In this document: piece after piece, positions 43,115-54,894 of the stretch | How the letters are laid out: each line of letters opens with the position of its first letter | Numbering within the stretch: the stretch's first letter is position 1 | Source: Bugula neritina | Lineage: Eukaryota; Animalia; Bryozoa | NCBI GenBank assembly: GCA_964035545.1 | Contig: OZ037766.1 | Coordinates: 11,522,722 to 11,586,721 of the forward strand | Reading direction: 5' to 3' | DNA length: 64,000 nucleotides | The notes under the pieces: generated by a model | What the model saw: only the letters and a program-made list of their open reading frames with translations | Databases searched by the model: none | What the model was told of the DNA's origin: nothing | Program-made: the position numbers and the translations under genes

Positions 43115-43603
43115 ATGAAAACTATAGAAGACGAATGTACTGTGAGAAAAGCTGTTAGAGCTGATTGTAAGGATATATGGGAAATGTTTTTACAATTGCA
43201 AGCAATGTCAAATGTAACACCAGAGCAAGTCAAGTTTTCTAAGGAGAGACTGCAGAGAGATGGTTTTGACTGCAGCTCTCCATTGTTTCACTGCATTGTT
43301 GCCGAACTCAAAGGAGTTGCTATTGGTTACGCTCTGTATTCATACCAATACTCTGCATATGAAGGTGGTCTAGAGATGCGTGTATCCAACCTTTTCGTTC
43401 AAGAGGTATACAGATGTAAAGGAGTTGGCAAATTACTTTTTGAAGCACTTATTGAAGAAGCTAAACAGCAGAAAACCATTGGAATAGAATGGATGGTACT
43501 CAACTGGAATCATACTGCTATCAAGTTCTATGAAAATTTTGGAGCTAAGGATTTGACAATAACTGAAAAAGTACATGCTTTTCATATTTCTTTATCTGAG
43601 TAA
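43115..43603 (+). CDS. GNAT acetyltransferase of the spermidine/spermine (diamine)/thialysine N-acetyltransferase family, SAT1/SAT2-like, intronless CDS
   Basis: Family motifs VRKAVRADC, LQRDGF...PLFHCIVAE, IGYALY, the acetyl-CoA loop YRCKGVG, and WMVLNWNHTAIKFY..FGAKDLT. Good start context (AAGATGA) and AATAAA near 43692. Confidence 0.88.
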   Translation: MKTIEDECTVRKAVRADCKDIWEMFLQLQAMSNVTPEQVKFSKERLQRDGFDCSSPLFHCIVAELKGVAIGYALYSYQYSAYEGGLEMRVSNLFVQEVYRCKGVGKLLFEALIEEAKQQKTIGIEWMVLNWNHTAIKFYENFGAKDLTITEKVHAFHISLSE

Positions 43604-45941
43604 AGATCTTCCTGTTGAACAACATATGTGTTCACAAAAATATATGGTATTTTGTACAATTGTGTTTGGGATTTTCAAATTGTATGAAGAAAATAAAGTT
43701 GCCTTCTCAATGGCTATAAGTCGGTCATTAGAGTTTGTTTTTTTTTTGCAATTAGCTACAAGGTCTATAAATGTTTTTATAGTATTGAACTATAAGACCA
43801 GGTTTTACTGATGCTAAACACGATAGATAATTTGATGATCTTAAAACTTGAATGCTATAAAAAAATCATTTGCAGAGCAAAAAGCTGCTTGCTAGTTTAA
43901 AGATTATTTTTGTCATCACTATGTGTGTTTAGCAATGCAAAAATTGTTTTAAATCATGAGAAAAAAGTTTGTTTTTGCAAAGTGTTCAAACAACTGCAAT
44001 TGTAATATAATGTTATGGTACTTTAAATCACTAAAATCTAAGAACTAGTTTCTTTTAACTTGATATTAGAAAAAAATTCATTGGCTTACTGAAAGGCCGC
44101 ACAAATATTGTGAACTCGTACATTGAATTAGTCAAAAATTAAAATATCAATGGAGAGCACATGTTAACACACCATAAGCTATTAGAGCAATAACAAGCAG
44201 GTGAGAGTATTTGTGACACATCAGGACATGCATTATAAAGTCTTGAAATAGTTCTGGAGATAAAGGACAATGGGACACACATGCTCAGTGCCATCAAACT
44301 TTGAACAAAAATATAGTCTGTAGATTGTTATGGAATTAAATGATGAAAATATAGTATTTTATAAAAATTGTCACATTATTTGCATGATTATAAATACTCT
44401 ACTATGCTCAAAAGTTAAGTTCTTATATCATAAGTTTATATGACTTTGTTTATAAAATTTAGTATTGTGAAAGTATGCACCCCTAGATATAATAATTTAA
44501 TACATGTATCACTTTTAAATAACTTAATCTTAGTTGACATGTTACAGTAAAATAAAGAATAAAATATTATTTTGTGGTCATTATGGAGTGTAGTTATAAA
44601 ATTAAGAAGCTAAAAATAAGAAATTGGAAAATTTGTTGCGTTGAGATTTGCTATTAGGGTTAGCTAACGATGTCAATGGCCTCAAATTTAGTAACTTAAG
44701 CTATAAGTATGATAATAGTACTTTTCAAGTAGACACAGGACATTGGCATTTTTCTATTATATCATCATGTTGCACTAATAACTTAAGAATAAGCCATCGC
44801 CCTACAGACAACAGCTTTAATTTCGTCCTAGCTATGTGCTTATAGTCAATATACACTTACAAACCCCTTTCAATGATATGGCTTGAAAGTTCAAAGCTTT
44901 AACTTTCAAGCCATCCCAGTGATTAGGCTGTGTAGTGCAGCAGCTAAAAGCAGCATGCAATGGAAGTTAGCTATAATTAGAATAAGTTTTATAGTAGCGG
45001 TAAAGTCAAAGGCGACCAGAAATGTCATCTGCAAGCGGTCAGAAATCCCAAATCATTTCAGCACATACTCACGCAAGATTAAGTATAAAGTAAAATTGTT
45101 TAGGTATACAACCTTAAAACAGTATGTAGATGAAAACTAATACATAAATAACAATATTTTAATACCGCATGAGTGAAGTGTGTCAGGGATTCTTTAAACA
45201 AATATAATGCAGCTAATATAAAATAGCTTTGTCAAGGATAAAGCATACTTGGAGTGCAATTCAAACTATGAATTACAAGGTTTTGAACAGCAGTATTGGG
45301 CAGCTTATCATAGTTTCAATTGAACAGAAACATGATGCATCAGTGAAAGTCGTTCAGATGAGTTAATAATGAAAAAGCTAAATTTAAAGGCTATATTATG
45401 CCAGTATGATATGATTTTTATTCAAGTTTTAATTCATTCAACTTGTATTGTATTAACCAAATAAATTTAATAAATAGAGATATCTGCATTTGACATACAT
45501 GCATTTAAAAGCACGAAAGGAAACACTAAATAACTCAGCATATTACCAGCACTAATATATGGGATATCAGTACCAATTTTTGTGTATATTTACAGTTTTA
45601 ATAACATTATCATTACAAATTATGGACATGGTAAAAACATTTATCTTTAAAACAAAATATTCCAGTAGATGTCTATCCGATTAATTTTCAAATTGAAAAC
45701 TAGTTTAATTGTAGTTAAGTTAGTAGTAAACATGGAAGGAGTTGTCCCACTATAAGCTGATCAAAAAGGGGAGTAAAAACCTTCAAAAGTGAGAAGCTTA
45801 TTCTCTTACAGACAACAATCAAATTGGTACACAGAGATATATAATTATATTATTTAAGTATGAAAAACTTCTTTTTTTAAAAATACAACTAATACTTCTT
45901 TAGACTAGGGTTTATGAAGAGACATATAGTTATATAAAATA

Positions 45942-48900
45942 TTAATCAGTCATTCTTTGTTTCATTGACCATTGATTATCATTTCTGCTAAGTTCATTTC
46001 TAAAATAATCTATTGTTGATAATAAACCATCAGTCAACTCAACTTTTGGGAACCAGTCTAATATTCGTCTAGCCCTTTCAATATCTGGCTTTCTTTTCCT
46101 TGGGTCATCTTCCATTGCTTTCACGTGAACAATTTTACTTGAGCTACCTAAAACCGAAAATTATTAGAAATAAATCGGCCTTTTCGTTTTCTCATAGCAA
46201 TACTGAGAATAATAGAAATTATTATGGATGTATATAAATGCAAGGTATCTAAGTTATAAAAGGGAGTTGTTTGCTCCTCACTCAATCACTCTAATTATTA
46301 TCTTTCAGATCTTGCAATACAAGAAAACTATAGACTTGAGTAGAATTTATTGAGTAGAATTTATTGAATAAAATTAATTAATTGAATTTATTGGGTAAAT
46401 AATTATATTCAACATAGTAAACCATCAAATCCATAGTTGGCTGTCAAACTGCAGACTGCATAAGTTTATAAACAATATAAAATCAGTCTATAAATCTCAT
46501 CATTTAGAGCAATTGTTGAAGCTATTAAGCAAATTACAACATTCAATAAAGCGCCTCAACGTATATAGACTAAGGTGGCTGGCTGATTCTAGACTTTCCA
46601 CATGCACAATGCCAGAACACAAAAGGGTGTTGAGTATTAAGAGGTAGCTAGCTACTGAGACTACACTGGTTAAATCCTTGCATTAAAGTAAGAATGAGTG
46701 GGAAACCATTCTCTAACAGAATTTTTTTTCTGTTAATTCAATACCCAAACGTCTAAACATATTACCATAGCAGCTTGCAAGCAGCTATCTAGGAATCAAC
46801 ATGGCATGATAAGGTTGAAGGCATATATTTTAAGAAACAACTAACCACTTAGTTTCTTAATGATGGTTGCGAACTCCTCAATGGAATGTTCCTCGGGATT
46901 TCCCAAGTTAACAGGCAGAGAATAATTGCTATTCATCAGTTGAATCAGCCCTTCGACCAGGTCTGTCACATATTGGAAAGATCTTGTCTGCTGCCCATCT
47001 CCATAAATCTGCCAAAAATATTCTAATAATAAGTAGATTTGCAATACAAGGGAACCCTGCTTAATTTACATAATATGTATACATCAGATGTTTTTGTGTG
47101 GTGACTTCATCTTTATTATATGAACTTTTTATTCATTTACTCACAGATGTGGAGAGGATTAACATATCCTAACATGGGGTGACTTACTGTAACAGATTTA
47201 TTCTGCAGACACTGTAGTATAAAATTACTGACAACTCTGCCATCATTCATGTACATTCGAGGTCCAAATGTGTTGAATATGCGAGCAACTCTCACTTGCA
47301 GAGCTTCCTGTGAACATATCAACACATCGTTACATGTTATCTACTACTGCTGCTGCTGCTGCTACTACTACTGCTACTATAACTATTACTGCTGCTGCCA
47401 CTATTACTTTTAAAATAAGCTAAATGCTGTGAATGTCGATAGAAGCAGCACTGATTTGAGTTGACTGAGTATAATATTTGTATACATATTGTTGCCCGAA
47501 CCCAAACTTTAAACTTGCAAACCCTGAACCAGTGCACTCAGTGACCACCAACTCGGTGCTGCATCAAGCAATTTTCAAGAATTGTATTTCTCGCCATGAT
47601 GAGATGCACAAAAATTATGAGAACCATCAAAGTAGGACTAGCTAGGATTTGAATCCATGACCTAGTGTATGCTAGGCCTGCGTACTAACCGCTTCGTCAT
47701 GGCTACTCCCAATAACTATACTATACTATACACTAGCTAGTGTATGATTACAAGTTAGTATATGATTATACTGTGACCATATACTACCAGTAAATAGTAA
47801 AACTAATTACCACTAGCTCATTGCACAATTAGTTCAAGGATTCCTATTGGTTTTTTAAAGAAGAAAAGAATACTGTAATACTAACTTGCTTTTTGTACGC
47901 ATAGCACATGGACTCTGCTACACGCTTAGCCTCATCATAGCATGCCCGCGGCCCGATAGGATTCACATTCCCCCAATAGTTCTCAGTCTGAGGGTGTTGT
48001 TCAGGGTCTGTCAACCAAACAGCATATTTACAATAGAAGCCATTTTCATTACAAAATCAGCTAGTATGACTCAAATCTTGCTATTCCTAGTTAACTAAAC
48101 ATCCTACAGGGAATATAGTCATTTTAAATCAATAAGTTGTTGCAGGGTAACATTAGAAAAAGTTGTAATGTCTTCTGCATTGAGTAAGTTAGAATATTTT
48201 AGGTAAATAACAGGTAGTTGGAGAATGTTTCAATAATAACTCCACTTTAGGCAAAGAAGCAAAACTATGTTTTACTTGAAAAAACTATGTCTATATTATA
48301 CACAGAAGCTTCTGTTTGAAGTTCAATAAAACAGATTGAGTAGAATCTAGTCACATGTCACTCAAAACTGTCAAAAGGTACTACTAAAGGTTTGGCTATT
48401 TTAAAAGGCGTCTAATATCCGATACTTATTTGTGATTTTCACATTTGGCCTATTCAACCCTCAAAGACGACTATTGATAACTTTAAATGCCCATAGAACA
48501 AGCTAAATCAACTTGAAAACAACCGTTTTAATTACTTCACTGATTGGAGTAAAAAGATGTTTGAACAACTGCCTTAATTTCAACAGGCACATGTAAAATT
48601 TACATAGCATACAATAACTTTTACCTTTAACAAGCTAATTGCATAATGACAATGCATTTTAAATTATCGCTAGATAATTGCCAAATAATTTTCTCACACA
48701 TTCAGTACCCTATAGACAGTAAAAGAAAAAAATATGATAACATGTTTTAAAAGCTGCACGAACCGCCATACACTTCTGAAGTAGAAGCTAATAACATTTT
48801 TGCTTTAACCCTTTTAGCTAGTCCTAGCATGTTGATTGTGCCCAATGTGTTGGTCTTTATAGTTTTAATAGGATTGTACATGTAATTGGGAGGTGATGCT

Positions 48901-51900
48901 GGTGAAGCCAGGTGGTAGATCTCATCGACTACAATATATAAGTAACACACACTTCACATGTATACACAGCAATATATTATCACAAAGTATTCCAATAGAC
49001 AACTCTACTCCACCCCCAGCTTTAACTGTCAACAAGAGTAAAACTCCGTATCATGTTACTGCTACAGCACAGCAAAGTTTACTCAAATAATGCGTGACCA
49101 ACCAACTAGTCATACTCTACTATTTTAAATATGATATTAGCAAATAATAGAATTATATAAAAATATTGCAAAATTTAAAATACACATACATTGGAGTCAG
49201 GGTTAGTGCATTAGAATTGACAACCTACTAGTTAGGGTATTGAACATCTATAGCTATATATTAGAAAAAAGTCACCTTTTTAATGTATATGTAATGATGT
49301 AGTGATTAAAACAAATACTAATACTTCAACACCCCTTGAATACAAGATTTTTTATGAAATAAGTACCAACAAGAAATGTAAATACAATAGTACAATAGAA
49401 TTCAAATTGTAATAGCACAATACCAGAGTGATTGCCTGTTTGCATTTGGGGATTTACTATGACTGGAGGGATAACAACAAACAGAATAAGACCATAAAAT
49501 AGCATAGACTCCACTTAGGTGTAGATATGCAGATTTTTACTTGGCTTGTGTCTCTAATTTTTAGTTTAGATTCTGATTCCTTTACTTTATAAACATACAA
49601 CTTTAAATGCTATAAATTAGACGCACAGTGTATCGACAACACACTATATTATACCAGGTGCAATATTTTGCATCCAACAGACTGTGAAGGGGAAAGAGTA
49701 GACTGACAAATACCTTCTATGAATATAGGATTCACAACGTCGTGATTCATTAGCTCAAAGTTAGGGTGGCCAATCCAGTGAACTATGTTCTGTTTTCTAC
49801 CAGTGAAGAAATTATCAACTACTGTAACCTCATGACCATCCGCCATCAGCGCATCTACCAGATGTGAACCGACAAACCCCGCACCACCAGTAACCTGCGA
49901 ACAGCACATGTTAATAGCAATATCAATGAAGAGCACATGTTAACACACCATAAGCTATTAAAAGAATAACAAGCAGGCGAGAGTACTTGTGACACATCAG
50001 GACACACTTTATCAAGTCTTGAAATAGTTCTTGATATAAAGGACTATGGGACACACTGGCTCAGTGCCATCAAACTTTGAACAAAAATTTATTCTGTAGA
50101 TTGTTATAGAATTGAATGCGTCTTCACAAGAGAAATTTATCAAGAAACACTAATCAAACAACCAATACAGCTATACTTGGTCATTGCTATAAAATGGATT
50201 TCTTCTATCAGAAAATTGATAATCAGAAGTTTCATTGAGATTTAGAAAGTTATAGCTTATACCACCTATTATTTAAGCCAGTTCCTCCGAAACAAAATAG
50301 TTTTTAGGACATGTTGGTACATCATGAGCAGCACCCTTAACCTCAGCATAAACATATGTAATTAGATAACCCTGACTTACAAGGATTCTTTTTCTCTCAC
50401 TGTAATTCCTTTTTTTAACATGCGGATACGATGTGGTGTTTATTCTACAACAAAACAATTGTAGTTGAAAATAATTTATAATTTCAAGATCAAAAGAAAC
50501 TCAAACTTTATTATATATGATTAGTTAACGGCCATACTCCATTTGTCACGACATTTAATCATTTGGACATATAAACTAATGTTAACAAATTTTACAAATT
50601 TAACCAAAATGATGCTATTGCACGTTGCAAATACTAATTCTAAAGCAAAATTCAGACAATTTGATACTGTGAATGTGAGGGTACAAAACTTGTTCTAATG
50701 CAGTATGGCCGACCTCTGAGACTAATTTTGAGCACATGATGCTGCTAATACATACGTTCTAGCAGAAATAATTGTGTACAGCTATATTGTATGCCCAATT
50801 TCATATAAAATAAAGATATTTCAATTTTTATTCTTAGAAATTTAGTTGAAACAGTCTTTATTATCATATGCGAAAACATGAAACTATAAAAATTGTTACA
50901 CTATAACTGCTTGAAACAAATTCTTAGCCTCATATGACAGTCTAATTATTTTAAAACTTGCCTTTGTTGAAGAACGATCGCCCCAATAACTAGTACAAAA
51001 CTTGTTGTATGTAAGTCGTTTATTAAAGCAAATTTACCTTTGGTAATAAAGCTAATCCATCGCAAATATATTATACCGACTAAGCCATATAAAGTTGATA
51101 AAATGTAATAAACTTTTCTTGTCAATTATGTCACTAATATCCCCTGACCTTACCTTTCAGTTAGCTTTTGCATATTTTGATTGAAAAGTAGTACCCATAA
51201 AAATAACCAACAATGGGTTTACATAATAAGGTAGTTACTCACTTTGTTTTTGCAAGCTGAAGTTCAGACTTGAGCATTGCAATAGTGTTTTCTAAACTCT
51301 CTATTTTCATATTTATTCCCTCCACTTGTTGTTGAAGATCATCATCGCCTGTTCTGACTTGACGCTTTACACTAAAATCGCCATAGTAACATGCCAAACA
51401 AAACTGATGGAGTTAGATGAAGAGAGATAGCCCCTTTACTGAGACAACAAAAGTTACTTCAAAATTCTTCAGTTATAAACAATTTCATCGGAATGGTACA
51501 AAAAAATGATCATTAATATATTTTAGTAGACATACTTTTCCAGAATCTCCTCTCCTTTCTTATTTTCTCCAGAGGTCAACACATACACAGCTAAAAGTTA
51601 GTTATGATATGATTGCAGTCATTACACATATGAAATGCACATACATGTATAATTATGTAATAACATAATATATATTTAATTAGTTACCAATACCATAAAA
51701 ATACCCCAATATATATATTTCAAACTATTGAGAGAATGTTGAGTATATTGAAAAAAGCTAAATACTAAACTATTGTTGCCTAATTTTAACTGTTGACATG
51801 ATTAGTGATTTTGAAGGCAAATTTTGGTTTAAATTTTAAAAAATTGTTTAAAAAACCTGACTTTTTAAGCTGAAGCTTCAAGATATTTTCAAGAAAAAAT

Positions 51901-52381
51901 ATCATCACAATTGTATTACATTTTTGCTTAACGATTACTCTAATAATACTATTGCTGTGAGTTCCTAAGGCCAATATTTTAGGCTCTTCCATTCCTTAAC
52001 AATTTCTTTTAATCAGACTTTCCCAATTTTAATAATGGCAAATCTATAACGACCATTTTCTTAATGTATTTCAGTTATAAACTAGAACTTTGATTGTCGT
52101 ATAATGGTGTCTGAATATACAACAATAGAGCCTATATGCTATTTGATAAGTAATTAATTTAGAATAAAAATATTAACCAAAAATTGGTTAATGAATAGAG
52201 AACAATACTCATTAAAGCAGCAATGTGTCATATTACATATACACTTTGTCCATCTGTTGAGAGTACACCCGTCAGGATACAAAAGGGTACTATACTAGGT
52301 AAATAAAATAAACATACCTAAAAATGTGAAACAAAAGACCATAAGAACACAACCCATCTTTTTAATTTGTCCAGTTCGCAT
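45942..52381 (-). CDS. UXS1: UDP-glucuronate decarboxylase (UDP-xylose synthase). Exons: 52381-52318, 51590-51536, 51371-51243, 50444-50381, 49894-49714, 48928-48764, 48007-47886, 47307-47188, 47008-46846, 46147-45942
   Basis: N-terminal signal anchor and coiled stem, then [55 protein letters not shown] (YxxxK), [18 protein letters not shown] and [10 protein letters not shown]. All introns are GT-AG and phase-consistent. Confidence 0.95.
47556..47710 (-). mobile_element. tRNA-derived SINE fragment in UXS1 intron 7
   Basis: The minus strand reads GGGAGTAGCCATGACGAAGCGGTTAG...GGATTCAAATCC, with A- and B-box-like motifs at tRNA spacing but no acceptor stem. Homology with the duplicate stops at its edge. 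Confidence 0.5.
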
Positions 52382-52599
52382 GGCGAGTGTTTCAAAACAT
52401 AGCTCCTTTGCCTAAGATTTTTCTAAAATTAAAAGAATCTACACAAAATAAACTTTTTTTTATAAATAAATAGGACATATATATGAATTGTATTTATACA
52501 TAGCCTACAAGTATAAGTATTAAGATATATTAACATTAAATGGATTATAATGTAATGATTCAAACTAGAAATGATTCTGATTGACAGCATCACAATCAT

Positions 52600-53145
52600 A
52601 ATACATATAATATTAATAATATATAATATTATATTTAATAATGAATAATTTTTTTACTGAGAATTATAATGGTTATACTTATACTTATAGTTAATGTTAT
52701 ACTTAGTCTTATAGTTATATTTATAGACTTATAGTGATGATCATAAATCATACTGATTATGATAACATTGATATAAATTATCATTATGATTATGATCATT
52801 TCAATTTCATGTATAATAATAATTATATCAGTGATATAAATATAATTATTATTATTATTATATAACATGAAATGACCATAATGATAATTAATATCATTAT
52901 GATTATTACTCAATACTAATACTAATACTAATAGTAATACTAATACTAATAGTATTACTGTAATACTAATAGCAATACTAATATTAATACTAATAGTAAT
53001 AGTAATAGTAATACTAATACTAATAGTAATAGTAATAGTAATACATATATTTATTAAATTATTGTAATGTAGACTAAACAAATCACTCTTAGACTTATAG
53101 TTATAACTTATATGCTGTAACTGATAACACTATAAGTATAAGCCT
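52600..53145. repeat. AT-rich low-complexity tract (TAA/TAC/TAG)n
   Basis: ACTAAT/AGTAAT runs; these give the spurious I/T/S/L ORF 52635-53081. Confidence 0.85.
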
Positions 53146-53739
53146 AACTTGAAATAAAAGGATTAAAGTTCACTAAATATACCATCACTCTGCTTGAAAC
53201 AAAGATAACTTTCTTCAGGGTTTCGATTGTAGCGCTTGCTCCATACAAGAAAGGTTCTATAAAGTTACAATCGCCTGTTTTTAAGCCCTTGAAAAAATTG
53301 CGTTTGAATAATTTGTAGTTTTAAGCTATCTTCATTCGCTGCTGTCTGTGAATAGTATTTGTAAAAAGAAGATAACTCTATGCCTTTATGTGTATTTTAG
53401 GTGTTGTTCAATAACTAAGTAAGACAACTCCGTGTATTTATGTTGTTGTTTTCTTAAAAGTAGTCGCAATTTTAGAGGGCGACTATTTCAAATGTATGCC
53501 GATAATTCAATGGGCGGCGAGTCAAGTAAACTAATAGAAGCAGACGAAAACAATGTAAATTCTACCGGTGTGGTTTATCCAAATTTATGCTCTCGATATC
53601 ATTATGACTATGATTATTAATTTATTGTAACAATTTACTTATTAATTAAGCCAGCAATGATAAGTTTAAACCTATAAACGTAGGTATGGTTATTTTATGG
53701 CAAATACAATGATTATCATTGTGATAATAGTAACACTAA

Positions 53740-54140
53740 CGGTTATACTTATACTTAATCTTATACTAATACTTATACTGAGTATAACTTATACTTATAG
53801 TATAACTATTAGTATTACATTAGTATTACTATAAATATAACTAAGTATAACTCTATAAAGTATAAGTATTACTAATAGTTATAGTATCACTATTAGTATT
53901 ACTATTAGTATTAGTATTACTACTAAACTTAGTATTACTTTAATACCAATACTATTACTATTAGTATTACTATTACATTTAGTATGAGTATTATTAGTAT
54001 TAGTCACTATTACTAATTAGTCACTATCACTAATTACTAAAGTTTAGTAGTAATACTAATAGTATTAGTATTACTACTAAACTTAGTATTACTTAAATAC
54101 TAATAGTAGTAGTAATACTATTACTAATACTAATAGTCAC
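53740..54140. repeat. AT-rich low-complexity tract (TAGTAT/TATTAC)n
   Basis: Visible simple repeats. Similar sequence resumes at 61890-62035 beyond the retrotransposon. Confidence 0.85.
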
Positions 54141-54320
54141 ATCTAATAAAATAATTATCAAATCGAAGTTGGCATTCAAGAAATGAAGATCTCACTTTTT
54201 TAGTTTTTAGAATTCCTTCTAGACCGTAGGCTAATGATAATTACTATCAATAAAAAAACTGCTTAAATTTATAATTCATTATTAATACTAATTTTGATAA
54301 CAACTTGAACTTAGTGATAC

Positions 54321-54625
54321 TATTATAGTTTTCTGATTTAGGGTTGATGTGTCACTAAGAGAGTCTATTTAACACTAGAGAAACTTCACCAGTTAAGTCG
54401 AGTAGATATCGTTATATTTAATACAAGAATACATAATAAAAATCCAATGTACAACAGTAATGATACGCACGTCTATTTAGTTTACAGCACTATCCTCAAC
54501 TGAACTAGTAGCGCGAAGCGGCTACTATTACTTATAAAACAGCCTAGCTAATTGGCTAATACATTGTTCCGGGTCAATACGCAACCTTGCGTATTGTGTT
54601 GCTGGTAGCTCCACGAGCCACCACA
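54321..54625 (-). repeat. 3' LTR (TG...TA; terminal CA changed to TA)
   Basis: Identical to 61461-61765 except at position 54322. Confidence 0.95.
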
Positions 54626-54637
54626 CTGCCCCCTCCA
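54626..54637 (-). other. Polypurine tract (GGAGGGGGCAG) abutting the 3' LTR
   Basis: The minus strand reads ...TGGAGGGGGCAG|TGTGG. Confidence 0.8.
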
Positions 54638-54894
54638 GCAGAAAGCCCACTTTCTGATAAAATAAGATTCACATAAAAAAACGTATACTTCGTTGTGGGG
54701 GGTAAGAGAACAGTATAAAAGTGTATACAAAAAAAAACAACAACTGGTAAAAAATATACAGGTATATATAACGTGCACTAAGTAATAAGCAAGAGAAGAT
54801 CCTATCTACATGTAGAGTACGTGCCACCATTATGGTAGGGAATGCCACAGAGAGGTAGGGGAATGAGTAGTAGGGAGTTGTAGGTAGACTCGAG

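Larger units (their letters stand above)
40025..44340 (-). pseudogene. UXS1: Decayed tandem duplicate of the UXS1 3' region: last-exon copy 40875-40670 open, exon-9 copy mostly deleted (about 41622-41650), exon-8 copy frameshifted (about 41945-41823), exons 5-7 absent
   Basis: 40230-42229 is colinear with 45550-47557, 44154-44340 matches 49931-50118, and 40025-40190 matches 44341-44500. The exon-8 copy has a 2-nt insertion (CTCTCACAATTGCAG vs CTCTCACTTGCAG). Confidence 0.85.

Noticed and set aside
43115-43603. Bacterial horizontal transfer of the GNAT gene
   Set aside because: Lack of introns alone is insufficient. The motifs (RDGF, GAxDLT) fit animal SAT proteins and base composition resembles the host; a phylogeny would be needed.
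47625-47710. Functional tRNA gene
   Set aside because: It has A/B-box-like motifs but no pairing acceptor stem; better read as a SINE head.
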